A stretch of DNA of 64,000 bases, from the NCBI GenBank assembly GCA_030587475.2, contig JAUQYZ020000102.1:26012-90011 (forward strand), in the 5' to 3' direction. Positions 1 to 9,688 of this stretch are shown in pieces. The notes under the pieces are model-generated. The model saw only the letters and a program-made list of their open reading frames with translations, ran no database searches and was not told the DNA's origin. A program made the translations under genes and the position numbers. Origin of the DNA: Candidatus Sigynarchaeum calidifontis (GTDB lineage: Archaea > Asgardarchaeota > Lokiarchaeia > Sigyniarchaeales > Sigyniarchaeaceae). How positions within the stretch are numbered: the first letter of the stretch is position 1; each line of letters starts with the position of its first letter.

Positions 1-4
1 AGGC

Positions 5-397
5 TTGTACGTCCTAAAATACCAGCGCGGGAAAGAAGCGGAGAGTCGGGAGTTCCGCGTGATTCCTCAAGAAGGTGCCCCCGTTTTCAAGGAAGGTGAG
101 GACGTGCTCTTGTGCGTGCGTGCCGAGCATTTTTACATCAACCACGGGTACCGGAAGAAACCCAACCGCGTGCACGGCACGATCGACGAGATCAGCTTTC
201 TCGGGCACGTTATCCGTTACGAGGTGAAAGACGAGTACGGGAGGCGATATCGCATCCAGCGGTTCGTCAACGCCAAGACGAAGTACATGAAGTTCCAGAA
301 GGGGGAAACAGTGACTCTCGGGTTCCATCACAAGCTTGGCTTGCTATTCAAGTGCCAGGGCGAGGAGGAGCAACTGTGCCGATTGGAAAACATTTAA
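5..397 (+). CDS. C-terminal part (OB/TOBE region) of a PotA/MalK-type ABC transporter ATP-binding protein; 5' end lies outside the window
   Basis: 'VLLCVRAEHF...GTIDEISFLGHVIRYEV...GETVTLGF' matches the C-terminal regulatory OB-fold pattern of PotA/MalK ATPases; ORF open to the window edge. Confidence 0.7.
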   Translation: MYVLKYQRGKEAESREFRVIPQEGAPVFKEGEDVLLCVRAEHFYINHGYRKKPNRVHGTIDEISFLGHVIRYEVKDEYGRRYRIQRFVNAKTKYMKFQKGETVTLGFHHKLGLLFKCQGEEEQLCRLENI

Positions 398-440
398 AAT
401 GCGATTCGTATCGTAATAGACTAGCAACGAGGGATAAACA

Positions 441-1118
441 TTGAGCAAGATCCTATCCGGGCTGAAGAAAGCCACTACTAGCAACACGATCAAGGCAGCC
501 AAAGCTCATGTCTTGAAGAGCGCGGAAGTCGTCATGACCTTGCGGGCTGCCTTCGAGAAAGTGAAAGCGCGGTCATACGATGCTGCTCTCGAAAAATGGA
601 ATGCCGTGAGCGAGCTCGAGCACCAGGCGGACCAGATACGACGGTCGATCATCCTGGAGATCGCAAGTAGCGAGATCGAAGAAAATGTCAAGGAGGCATT
701 GATGCACCTCATCAAGAACGTTGACAAGATCGCCAACACGGCAAACGCATCGGCACGGATCTTTGCCCAGGTGCCGGCCAAGTACTTCGACATGCTCGTG
801 AGGGATGACGACTCGATCTTGCTGATGCTCGAAAAATCGGTCGAGGTGACGAAACTCCTCGTGAAGATGATAGATGACTTGCTTGGCACAGGGAGGGAAA
901 TCGACAAGCTAAACCAGTCTATCCAGGCGATCGAGCACGAGTGTGACGTGTACCTCTCTAACATCTATCGACGGCTGTTGAATATAGAGAATCCCCAAGT
1001 TCCCGCGTTCGTCGCGATCCAGATATCGGCTGGCTTAAACTACATGGAAGCCATCTCTGACTCGGTGGAGGACACCGCCGACTACCTGAAGGAAATAGCG
1101 ACCATCCGCAAGACGTGA
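441..1118 (+). CDS. DUF47 / PhoU-like phosphate transport regulator
   Basis: Helical protein with two repeats 'ELEHQADQIRR' and 'IEHECDVY', plus 'AISDSVEDTAD', typical of DUF47; TTG start. Confidence 0.85.
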   Translation: MSKILSGLKKATTSNTIKAAKAHVLKSAEVVMTLRAAFEKVKARSYDAALEKWNAVSELEHQADQIRRSIILEIASSEIEENVKEALMHLIKNVDKIANTANASARIFAQVPAKYFDMLVRDDDSILLMLEKSVEVTKLLVKMIDDLLGTGREIDKLNQSIQAIEHECDVYLSNIYRRLLNIENPQVPAFVAIQISAGLNYMEAISDSVEDTADYLKEIATIRKT

Positions 1119-1128
1119 GCGGCAAACG

Positions 1129-1150
1129 GGGGGTTTTTTTCCTTTCCATC
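1129..1150 (+). terminator. Possible oligo-T terminator after the DUF47 gene
   Basis: T7 run and pyrimidine tract 15-30 nt after the stop; archaeal intrinsic terminators are T-rich. Confidence 0.35.
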
Positions 1151-1165
1151 CTCTCCCGCAAGTAG

Positions 1166-2587
1166 ATGATCCCCATGCTTTCCAGGGACCTGGACTTGTT
1201 ACTTGTCAATCCCGCGACCGAGCTCGCCAACCGTGGAACGTGGAACCGCGAACCGCCAGTGGGTTTACTCTACATCGCATCGGTGCTCGAGCGCGACGGG
1301 TTTTCCTGCCAGGTCATAGATCTCTCGGTCGATGACCGCCCCATCGAGGAAATCCTCGCCTGTTTGCCCGTGCCGCGCGTGATCGGCTTCACGTGCCTGA
1401 CCAACACGTCGAAGGCCGCGCTGCGGCTTGCCAGCAAAACCCGGACATGGTACAAGACAGCAGAGCCGCCCGTTCCTATCGTGGTCATAGGCGGCCCGCA
1501 TGCCACGTTCGCGTACAAGGAAATCCTTCCCACGGGAATCGTCGATTTTTGCTTCACGGGGGAGGTTGAAGGTTTTATCTCTCGGTTCGTCGGGATCGCC
1601 ACCGAAGAGCAAGATCTCGCCGTAATAAAAAAGCGCGTGGCCATGGAAGGGGAGCAAACGATCAACATCGCCTTCCTGGACAACATGGGCTCAATTTCGG
1701 GTTTCACAGAAAACGAATCATTCCCGAGGGAACTCGATGCCTTGCCGTTCCCCGCGAGGCACTTGTGCCCGATCAACGCCAGCGATGGAGCCTACCGGAC
1801 AGCTACCATCATTGTGAACCGGGGCTGCCCCAACCAGTGCATCTTCTGCAGCCGCCAGGCATTATTCCGAGAGTGCCGGCGAAGGTCACCTGAGAACGTG
1901 CTCGCGGAGATCCGGGCAATCCACGATGCCGGACACTATGATTACTATAACTTGTACGATAACGTGACGGTCTCCCGCGAGTTCATGAAGCAGCTACTCC
2001 GGCTGATCGTCGCGGACCGGGACTTGCGGCTCCCGTGGGGCGCGGAGCTCCGGGCGGACATGATCGATGATGAAGCGGCTGGTCTCCTCAAGCAAGCGAA
2101 TTGCAAGTGCGTTGCCACTGGGATCGAGTCGGCAGACGAGGGAATCTTAAAAATCGCGGGTAAATTCCAATCTATCGATAATGTAAAAAAAGGTCTGGCC
2201 GTTTTGAAGGCGAAGAAAATATCCATTCAAGCATACTTCGTTATCGGCCTTCCTGGCGAGACACGCACCACGTTCGAGAAGACCGTGGCCTTTCTCAATG
2301 CAAGTCCACTCGAGCCTGGCGTCGACAAGGTCGACTTCTTCGCGGCGACGCCATACCCGGGCTCGGCGCTCCACGAGCGCCGGGATGAGCTCGGGGTCGA
2401 GATCCTCGACCACGACACCGACCACTACGATTGCCAGCACCTCGTCTGCAAGCCCTCGTCCATCACCATGGCCGAGCTCGAGGCCATCTGGCAAGAGGCG
2501 AAAGCAATCGAAAAGGCCTTCAACAGCGGCAACTTGAAGAAAGCAACGCTACTAGGTTCAAAAGACGCACGCCATTCCACCACGTGA
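1166..2587 (+). CDS. B12-binding domain radical SAM protein (class B methyltransferase-like)
   Basis: N-terminal 'PPVGLLYIAS...VVIGGPHAT' cobalamin-binding region; 'RGCPNQCIFC' CxxxCxxC motif; 'GIESA', 'FVIGLPGET', 'PYPGS'. Confidence 0.92.
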   Translation: MIPMLSRDLDLLLVNPATELANRGTWNREPPVGLLYIASVLERDGFSCQVIDLSVDDRPIEEILACLPVPRVIGFTCLTNTSKAALRLASKTRTWYKTAEPPVPIVVIGGPHATFAYKEILPTGIVDFCFTGEVEGFISRFVGIATEEQDLAVIKKRVAMEGEQTINIAFLDNMGSISGFTENESFPRELDALPFPARHLCPINASDGAYRTATIIVNRGCPNQCIFCSRQALFRECRRRSPENVLAEIRAIHDAGHYDYYNLYDNVTVSREFMKQLLRLIVADRDLRLPWGAELRADMIDDEAAGLLKQANCKCVATGIESADEGILKIAGKFQSIDNVKKGLAVLKAKKISIQAYFVIGLPGETRTTFEKTVAFLNASPLEPGVDKVDFFAATPYPGSALHERRDELGVEILDHDTDHYDCQHLVCKPSSITMAELEAIWQEAKAIEKAFNSGNLKKATLLGSKDARHSTT

Positions 2588-2593
2588 ACCATA

Positions 2594-3211
2594 ATGGTCT
2601 CGCTCACGACGTCGCTGCGAAGGGGAATCAAGTACGACTGCATCGCCCCGGATAACTGCGACGGGCACTGCTGCTGGGGGGCCGGTTCGATCTATATCTT
2701 CGCTGATGACATAGCACGCGCTGCCAAGTTCTTGAACATGGATCTCGACGATTTCTTGGACAAGCACGTGGATGTCATAGAAGCACCACCCGTCCACGTT
2801 AAGTACGACGGCAAGATCCCCCAACTCGTGTTCAAGGAAACGGGGGAAAAGGCCGCGTGCCATTTCCAGGACGGGAAGGGCCTCTGCACCATCCACCCGG
2901 CACGGCCGTTCCAGTGCAGCGGGTACCCGTTCTGGAAGATGAACGTGAAGAACAAGGAGGCGTGGGCGAAACTCGCCGCTGCTTGCCCCGCCGTGAAGGC
3001 ATCGCGAAAGAAAAAAGGGGCCAAGTGGTACACGGCCGCCGAGATCAAGCGCCTCGTGCACGACGAGATCCAGCTGGACGTGGAATGGGAGAAATTGATG
3101 GTAGAATGGAAGGGCGATTACAGGAGCTATCTACACCAATTCGTTGCAAAACAAAATGCCCGACAAGATTACCAACGGAAGGGGAAGGAAACAAGCCCGC
3201 CCCCTTCATGA
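2594..3211 (+). CDS. YkgJ family cysteine-cluster (CxxCxxCC) protein
   Basis: 'CIAPDNCDGHCC', 'CHF...CTIHPARPFQCSGYPFW' and 'CPA'; starts 6 bp after the radical SAM gene. Confidence 0.88.
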   Translation: MVSLTTSLRRGIKYDCIAPDNCDGHCCWGAGSIYIFADDIARAAKFLNMDLDDFLDKHVDVIEAPPVHVKYDGKIPQLVFKETGEKAACHFQDGKGLCTIHPARPFQCSGYPFWKMNVKNKEAWAKLAAACPAVKASRKKKGAKWYTAAEIKRLVHDEIQLDVEWEKLMVEWKGDYRSYLHQFVAKQNARQDYQRKGKETSPPPS

Positions 3212-3218
3212 CATGCAA

Positions 3219-4571
3219 TCAGCATGCCGTGGTTTTCACGGGGCCATCGATGATGGCAACGCCAGCCAAAGCGCTTCCACCAATCACCAGCCCGACAACA
3301 TAGGTGCCCGCGACGAAAACCACGCTCTCTGGGAGCGGGACGTCCGGCACAATCGTGGTCATGAAGCCGATGGCCACGAGGATCCCCTGGATCACGATGG
3401 CTTGCACGAGGGGTTGCCCGAACCATCGCTTACCCCGGTACTCGGCCTTGTACAAGAAGATGACGGATAAAATGAAGAACCCCCACATGGCCGTTACCAT
3501 GGCGTACGTGATCCCCATCACCATCGTTGTAGCCCCGACATCACCGGCAAAGAAATTTCCTGCAAATCCATCTTCCGGCTTCATGCCATTGTAGAGGGCA
3601 AGGGACACGCCGAGCACGAGCGGGAGATTGTGCCCGAACACGATCGATCGCTCGGTCGGCGGCTGGAACATACGCTCGGTCACTGCGAATACGCCAGGAG
3701 CAAGGCCTTGCTCTTGCTTCGACACGGGCCGGTTCGTGGCGAAGTGCGCGACACCGATCGATGCCCCGCCAATGGCACCTATGCTCATCTCCCAAGCTTT
3801 CCAGGAGCTTGGCAGAGACATGAAGAACCAGCCCGAAGAGATCACGAACCCCGTGCCGAAACCCGCGGCCATGATGATCGAGGTCGCCAAGCCCCGCCAG
3901 TTCTTGTTCACGATCTCCGCGGCGAAAAAACCCCCGAACATCCCGAACTGGATCGCCGATGATGCTGCTGTCTCGACAGCACGGGCACATTGCGCGCAAG
4001 TGGCAAGGTTCGCGTAATAGACCGAGCCATACAGCGGCAGCAGCAAACCGGGAAACGCGAGGAACGTGATGAGGCCGATGCCGGCACCGATGCTGCCAAG
4101 GATCGCGCGGCGCATCCACGCCAGCTTCGCTGCCCGGCTATCGCCAGTTCCGGGGATCGCCCAGCCGAGCACGGCCCCCGCCGTTCCGCCCCATGAGAGA
4201 CCACACTGCAGCAAGCCAAGAAAACCCCAAGCGGGATCCACGTCCACGGGCGTTCCCGATTGGATCATCCAGCTTCCCTTGATCCACGAGATGAATTGCC
4301 CGTACCCGTGGAACCCGCCGACCATGATGCCCGCGGCGAGGGCAAGGAACGCCCATCTCGATGCTATTGGCCTTGCAAAGCTGCTTCTACCCGCCTTGCC
4401 GTCATTATTGGAAAGGAAATACCAGAGCACCGCCCAGCCCGTGCCCGCGAATAAGCCGCCCATCGAGCCGCCATAGCCGCCCGTGCCCCTGATACCCCAG
4501 AAGAAAGTGCCGAAACCCGCCATCATGGCTACTGGAAAGATCAGCTCCCGGAAGATCACCTTTGATTGCAT
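3219..4571 (-). CDS. Gly-rich multi-pass membrane protein, unknown function
   Basis: About 11-12 hydrophobic segments; 'WGIRGTGGYGG' N-terminal motif; a CxxCxxC ('CAQCARA' region) in one loop. Confidence 0.75.
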   Translation of the reverse strand: MQSKVIFRELIFPVAMMAGFGTFFWGIRGTGGYGGSMGGLFAGTGWAVLWYFLSNNDGKAGRSSFARPIASRWAFLALAAGIMVGGFHGYGQFISWIKGSWMIQSGTPVDVDPAWGFLGLLQCGLSWGGTAGAVLGWAIPGTGDSRAAKLAWMRRAILGSIGAGIGLITFLAFPGLLLPLYGSVYYANLATCAQCARAVETAASSAIQFGMFGGFFAAEIVNKNWRGLATSIIMAAGFGTGFVISSGWFFMSLPSSWKAWEMSIGAIGGASIGVAHFATNRPVSKQEQGLAPGVFAVTERMFQPPTERSIVFGHNLPLVLGVSLALYNGMKPEDGFAGNFFAGDVGATTMVMGITYAMVTAMWGFFILSVIFLYKAEYRGKRWFGQPLVQAIVIQGILVAIGFMTTIVPDVPLPESVVFVAGTYVVGLVIGGSALAGVAIIDGPVKTTAC

Positions 4572-4686
4572 ACGCGGGCGAGGGAAGGAGATTAAAAAAA
4601 CGCATCGTTAGAACCGATAATACTCATGCCTTGTTATATGCAAGGGAGAGAGGATGAACTAAAACGAAGGTGGCATCGACGATGCT

Positions 4687-7578
4687 TCACGAACGCCCTG
4701 TTACAAGGGAAAAAAGCTCGCTAGCCTCCTTTGCAGCCTCGTCGTACGGGATCGGGTGCTTGCCGTGGAATGGGGAGAGCCGTGAACCCAGGGCAGTGAT
4801 GCGGTAGAAGACGAGGGCGAATGGCTTCGATGGCCCGGCGTGGCGGGCCGCGAACTCGATCTGCGCCAGGGACTCCGTGTCGTGCCCGCCGAACAACCCG
4901 ATGAGGAACGGGTAGAGAAAATTGCCGAACCCGAAGAAGAACACGACCATGTAGACCATCGCCCCGCCCACGGGTGTCAAAGCCGCGAGTACCGAATCGT
5001 AGGACAAGCTCAGTAGCCAACTCAGGCCCGCGATGGCCAGACAAGAGAAGCCCGGCGCGACGATGGTCTGCCACCAGTTCACCCGCACCTTGATGATGCG
5101 CTTGTCCGTGAGGATCCACGTGAAGATCACCTTGAAAATGACCCCGGGGATTTCTGCAAATACGAACGCGAAGAATTGCAGCGAGCCGATGGTCGATAGC
5201 AGGAACGTGATGCGGATCACTTGCTCGATGGCGACTGCCACGACGTATGTTCCAGCCCGGTCGATGGCGATGAGGAAAAACTTGGCGAAGTCACCGAGCG
5301 CTATGAAAAGTTTAGTGATCGAGTAAAGCATGATGACCATGCCCATGGGCTTGTAGAGCTCGGGCACCACGCTCGTGACGATGCGGTTGACAGAGAAAGG
5401 CATTACGAACAGCGTGAAAAGAAGCAATGCAAACGTGCCGAAGTACTTGAACCCGTAAGAGACGAAAGCTTCCGCGAGCTTGACTTTCTTGTTGTTGTAT
5501 GCCTCGCTTGTCGTGGGAAGCGCATTTTCATAAAGGACGGTCATGAACAAGATGGGATACGTGAGATACGTGGCGATGCCGATGAAAGAACCGAGATATG
5601 TATAGTTATTGAGAAATAGCGTGATGATCAATACGGACGCAAAGTTGCCGAACAAGTATATCACGTTGGATAGCATGGACTTGAGGCCAAATACCAATGT
5701 CTCGCGAACGAGCCGCCAATCGAAGTCAAGGCGGAACATCTGCTTGACCGTGAACCGCGCGTCGATTTTTTTCAAGAACGCTGCGGATAGCAGCATTTGT
5801 GCAAGAGACCCAGCATACGATGCAATCGAGAGGCCGAGGCTGGAACCGATGACCTCCCCGATGAGCGGGTTTCGCGCGCCGATATTACGAAAGATTTCCG
5901 GGAGCACGGCCATTAGGCCGATTTGGAAAAATAGCAGACTTAAAAAATTAACAAGTGCTTCGAGATCTGTCCTTTGAGCGGACTTCAATAAATGCGTAAA
6001 TACATAGACGATTCCAGGGAACTGAACGAGGGAATTGACGACGAAAAAATAGGACATGAAGCCAATTGATGCGACACGCGGTACCAGGTACACGCCAATC
6101 AAGGAAATCGCAGTTGTTTGCACCAGGCCACTGATCATTTGATACCAGATAAATAGCTGCACGTATCTGAGTGCACGGGCGGGATCCGTCGTCCAGTACT
6201 GTCCCACGAAACGATCATATGCCTGGGCAAGTCCAAAGTCCAGCGTGATGAACACGGCTGAAAAGATCGAGGAAATGATGAACTGGATGCCGAAGGAGCC
6301 GGGATCTTGAATGATGAATGTGGGCAAGATGTAGATGATGATCACGAACAGCGGGGCGACGACTACGAGCGTGATGAAAAACATCACGAAAAATCCGGCA
6401 AGGGGTTTATGGTAACCGGGCAGTTCCCATGATTTTTCGGACCCGATCGTCTCCAGAACGGGTGTTTCTTTCGCAGGCAAGGCCGGTTTTTTTCCCCGAT
6501 TCACGAGCCTCTCGAAGAGTTTTTTTTTGGTTGCTTCCTTGGCCTTGCGCTCGGCCACGCGCTGCAAGTAAATCTCGACCGGCACGAGCTCCAGCGGCGT
6601 GGATCGCGTATATTTTCGGAAATACAGGAACATGACCACCGTGATGGCAGCAAAAGAACCGAGCAAGAGTAAGATGAATGCCTTGCTCGACGCTTGTGGG
6701 ATCGGCGCAAATGGCCAATCGGCAAATTGCACGACATCGCCCGGCACCTTGCCGGCGAGTTTCATGGTCGACACGTACACGAAATACGTCCAGTACGGCC
6801 AGTTTCCAAGGTTCTTGTTTGAACCAGCCCGGACAGGGGCAGCGAGTTCCACCACGCGCACGGACGGATCGGACAGCGTGGCGAGCATCGGGAACCGCTG
6901 GCTGCCAACCGTGAGCCCCCGGCTCCCTTCCACCAGCATCTTCGCACTTGGATGGGATGCCACGGTCTCGGTGAGGTTCAACAGCTGGGGGAGCGAGATG
7001 AAACCTATCCGGTCTTGAAGGATATCGTTCCCCGGGCTCACGATGGTGCCGATCGTGTCCGTCACGTTCTGGCGGATTTCTTTTGGGAAGCCTGAACCGT
7101 CGAGCACCGGTCGCAATGGCAAGACATCGTCGATGATGCTAAGCAAGGTCTGGTTGTACACCATGCTCGCGCTGTTCGCCTGGAAGAACAAGCCGGCCGT
7201 GCCATTTTCAACCGCCCAGGTCAAGTTTTGCACCTGGCCGATCGTCAAGGTGGTGTTCCAGGGCAGATCAAGCATGTATACCACGTCGAAGGGCTGCGAA
7301 TGGCTTGCCGGGTCTTGGATCGCAAATGCGGACATGTTCACGTCCGTGAAATAGGTGATGTTGAACGCCGGGTCGAGATCCAGGGCAACCGGCCACGTTA
7401 ACAAGTATTTCGAGCTGGACCTGGACGTGATGACGGCGATATCGATGGTATTCGATTGTGCGGGCGTGGCCGTGCCGGATTCATGCGCTTGTAACGATCG
7501 CGTGGTCATTGAAATCAAGATGGAAGCCACAATGCAGCATGTTACCACCAACGCCAGTTTCTTGCCGCGGGGAGCCAT
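4687..7578 (-). CDS. MOP-superfamily (Wzx/MurJ-like) oligosaccharide flippase fused to an N-terminal extracytoplasmic domain
   Basis: Signal anchor, about 270-aa soluble domain, one TM, a basic linker, then about 13-14 TM with 'DFGLAQAYDRFVGQY' (flippase-like). Start taken at MAPRGKK (7578); ORF extends to 7617. Confidence 0.7.
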   Translation of the reverse strand: MAPRGKKLALVVTCCIVASILISMTTRSLQAHESGTATPAQSNTIDIAVITSRSSSKYLLTWPVALDLDPAFNITYFTDVNMSAFAIQDPASHSQPFDVVYMLDLPWNTTLTIGQVQNLTWAVENGTAGLFFQANSASMVYNQTLLSIIDDVLPLRPVLDGSGFPKEIRQNVTDTIGTIVSPGNDILQDRIGFISLPQLLNLTETVASHPSAKMLVEGSRGLTVGSQRFPMLATLSDPSVRVVELAAPVRAGSNKNLGNWPYWTYFVYVSTMKLAGKVPGDVVQFADWPFAPIPQASSKAFILLLLGSFAAITVVMFLYFRKYTRSTPLELVPVEIYLQRVAERKAKEATKKKLFERLVNRGKKPALPAKETPVLETIGSEKSWELPGYHKPLAGFFVMFFITLVVVAPLFVIIIYILPTFIIQDPGSFGIQFIISSIFSAVFITLDFGLAQAYDRFVGQYWTTDPARALRYVQLFIWYQMISGLVQTTAISLIGVYLVPRVASIGFMSYFFVVNSLVQFPGIVYVFTHLLKSAQRTDLEALVNFLSLLFFQIGLMAVLPEIFRNIGARNPLIGEVIGSSLGLSIASYAGSLAQMLLSAAFLKKIDARFTVKQMFRLDFDWRLVRETLVFGLKSMLSNVIYLFGNFASVLIITLFLNNYTYLGSFIGIATYLTYPILFMTVLYENALPTTSEAYNNKKVKLAEAFVSYGFKYFGTFALLLFTLFVMPFSVNRIVTSVVPELYKPMGMVIMLYSITKLFIALGDFAKFFLIAIDRAGTYVVAVAIEQVIRITFLLSTIGSLQFFAFVFAEIPGVIFKVIFTWILTDKRIIKVRVNWWQTIVAPGFSCLAIAGLSWLLSLSYDSVLAALTPVGGAMVYMVVFFFGFGNFLYPFLIGLFGGHDTESLAQIEFAARHAGPSKPFALVFYRITALGSRLSPFHGKHPIPYDEAAKEASELFSLVTGRS

Positions 7579-7662
7579 GTGCTTTGCTCGACGAGTGTCG
7601 ATAAAAACATACCGCAAAAAAGCGGAATATGCATCATGAACTGGAGGGCACGCGGCGCAAGA

Positions 7663-7941
7663 TTACCCGCAGCACGAACCGCCCGTGCCTTTTTTCGTGC
7701 CGATCCGGCGACGGCTCACGTCCCACAAGCACCCGCAGCCTTTCTGCTCTTGCATGACAACCGCCTTCTCGGGACAGTTCTTTTGACACGCGGAACATTC
7801 GGTGCACAAGTCTGGCCGTAGTATCGTGTATTTTCCGCTTTCTGAGCGAGCTGGAAGGCCGAACGGGCACACCTCCGCGCACGTGCCGCACCCCGTGCAA
7901 GCATTCTGGTTGATGCGGATGCGCGGGGCCTCGATCTTCAT
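7663..7941 (-). CDS. hgcB: HgcB-like 2x[4Fe-4S] ferredoxin with Cys-rich C-terminal tail
   Basis: 'CTGCGTCAEVCP' and 'CTECSACQKNCP' (HgcB consensus C(M/I)ECGAC..NCP); tail 'GCGC...GGSCCG'; directly downstream of the hgcA-like gene. Start may be 7941 or 7995. Confidence 0.82.
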   Translation of the reverse strand: MKIEAPRIRINQNACTGCGTCAEVCPFGLPARSESGKYTILRPDLCTECSACQKNCPEKAVVMQEQKGCGCLWDVSRRRIGTKKGTGGSCCG

Positions 7942-7999
7942 ATCGACAACGACCGGCCCTTGAAGCCGTGCACTATTCGATGGTCTCTGCAACATGGGT

Positions 8000-9682
8000 C
8001 TATGTCACCAACATGCCGATGGCTGATAAGGTTATCCCAAGGCCCAGGAACGCCACGTTCAGCACCTGGAAGCGCACGAATTCCCCGGCGATCTCCCTGG
8101 GGCTCGTGTCCATTGTGTACCCCGAAAAGGACATCGTCGTGAAGAATCCGGTCCAGAACTGGAATGGCAAGTTCCACGTGTATGTCGCAACGGGAAGCTG
8201 TAGCATCCACGCCGCCAGGCCCATGATCGTCACGTTCAACACGGCCACGACGAGTCCTTTCTGCACGAACCAGCGCGTGAAGCGGGTGATCGGGTATAAA
8301 ATCCCCAGCAAAAGGAAATTGGTGGTGAAAAGCGATGCCCACAACTCACCCGTGAAGGCAAGGAGCCAACCAGCGCCGCGCCACGTCGTTAACAGACCGA
8401 TGATGGCCACAGCGACCAGGCTTATTGTTGGAAGCAAAAATATCTTGCGCGCCTGAAACGTGAAATGCGTGATCCCCGCTTGCATCCGGTGGCCGATCGT
8501 GAATTTCGCGACTTTCCATGCCTCCGGCTTCCGCGCGGGGCGGGTTTTCAGGTACGCGGGAAGGTCTCTCGACCAGACGGGGCCGTACTTCACCACGAAA
8601 GGGAACTTGTCCGTGTTCTTGGGCAAGTCGGGCGCTTCGATTCCCCCCGCGGCGAGCTGCGGGAGGATCAAGGTGCGGCTCGACGTTATCGACGCGATCC
8701 CCGTGGCTTCGACCGCCTCGAGCAGCTGCCGGTTGCCGAAGTGACCGCCGCGTGCCCCGCACCAGACGTTGATGCCGTCCGAGTCGACGACCAAAACCCA
8801 CGCATCGACCTTGCCGCGTCGCAAGTCGCGCATCACGCGGAAGTACGTGTACTCGTAGTTGGCGGTCACCAGCACGGGCGCGTCGGGGCCGGGGTTGCCG
8901 GACGCGTAGATCCCGGGCTCGATGGACACGTGATCCACCTGCCCGGTGAGCAAGCAACGCCACGCGCGTAGCCGCGCCCTGGCGCCAGTGAACGCGCGCT
9001 TCTGGGGGCGATAATAGCCGGGCGCACTCGAATGATCCACCACGACCTTCTCGAACGCCAAAACTTTGATGGCACCGTGTGCCCAGGACTGCTCGCCAGC
9101 AAGCTTGAAGCCGATAACGGCCGGATAACGGGAAAACCACTCGAGCGGGTGCGTTAGCCCCGTGCGGAGCCTTTTCGCCTTGCGCTTGTACCACCAGCGC
9201 TTCAACGCAAAACCTACTTTCCAGAAGCCGCGGGGAATGAACTCGTCCGCGACCAAGAGCTTGCCGCCCGGCTTGAGAGCGAGCCACGCCTTTCGCAAGA
9301 AGACTTGTTGCTCCAATGGCCGCAGCTCGGAGAGAACGAACGTGCTCACGACCGCGTCATACTCGCTTGTTTTCGGCTCGTACATCATCACGTTGCCCCA
9401 TTCGAACTTCACGGGAAGATCCTTGATCTTGTCCCTATTCGCCCGGGCTTGCTTGAGCATTCCGAGATTTTGTTCTATCGCTGTAACGATGTGGCCTTGC
9501 TGGCCCATCAAGATGGAAAGCGTACCGGGACCAGGGCCTATCTCGAGCACGCTGCTCGACGGGCGGAGTTGCCGGAGGATCCAGTCTTGCACACGCTTGT
9601 TAACCCCGCCGGTTAGAGCCGTGAAACCTTGCTCGTACGTGGCCGGTTCTTGCTCGAGCTTTTTCATGAAAACAACGGACAT
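8000..9682 (-). CDS. hgcA: Fusion of a class I SAM-dependent methyltransferase and an HgcA-like corrinoid protein (CdhD/E-like B12 domain plus membrane domain)
   Basis: aa 1-~215: 'VLEIGPGPG' motif I, 'YDAVVSTFVLSE', 'LKPGGKLLVADE'. Then 'EPGIYASGNP..APVLVTANY', 'DSDGINVWCGARGG', 'ILPQLAAGG', 'YGPVWSRDLPAYL', about 5 TM helices and 'MSFSGYTMDTSP', which are collinear HgcA hallmarks. Confidence 0.88.
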   Translation of the reverse strand: MSVVFMKKLEQEPATYEQGFTALTGGVNKRVQDWILRQLRPSSSVLEIGPGPGTLSILMGQQGHIVTAIEQNLGMLKQARANRDKIKDLPVKFEWGNVMMYEPKTSEYDAVVSTFVLSELRPLEQQVFLRKAWLALKPGGKLLVADEFIPRGFWKVGFALKRWWYKRKAKRLRTGLTHPLEWFSRYPAVIGFKLAGEQSWAHGAIKVLAFEKVVVDHSSAPGYYRPQKRAFTGARARLRAWRCLLTGQVDHVSIEPGIYASGNPGPDAPVLVTANYEYTYFRVMRDLRRGKVDAWVLVVDSDGINVWCGARGGHFGNRQLLEAVEATGIASITSSRTLILPQLAAGGIEAPDLPKNTDKFPFVVKYGPVWSRDLPAYLKTRPARKPEAWKVAKFTIGHRMQAGITHFTFQARKIFLLPTISLVAVAIIGLLTTWRGAGWLLAFTGELWASLFTTNFLLLGILYPITRFTRWFVQKGLVVAVLNVTIMGLAAWMLQLPVATYTWNLPFQFWTGFFTTMSFSGYTMDTSPREIAGEFVRFQVLNVAFLGLGITLSAIGMLVT

Positions 9683-9688
9683 GAGGGT

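Noticed and set aside
8000-9040. Corrinoid domain considered as CdhD/CdhE of the Wood-Ljungdahl pathway
   Set aside because: It has the WC cap helix, a C-terminal TM domain and an adjacent HgcB-type ferredoxin, and lacks the TIM barrel and cdh neighbours.
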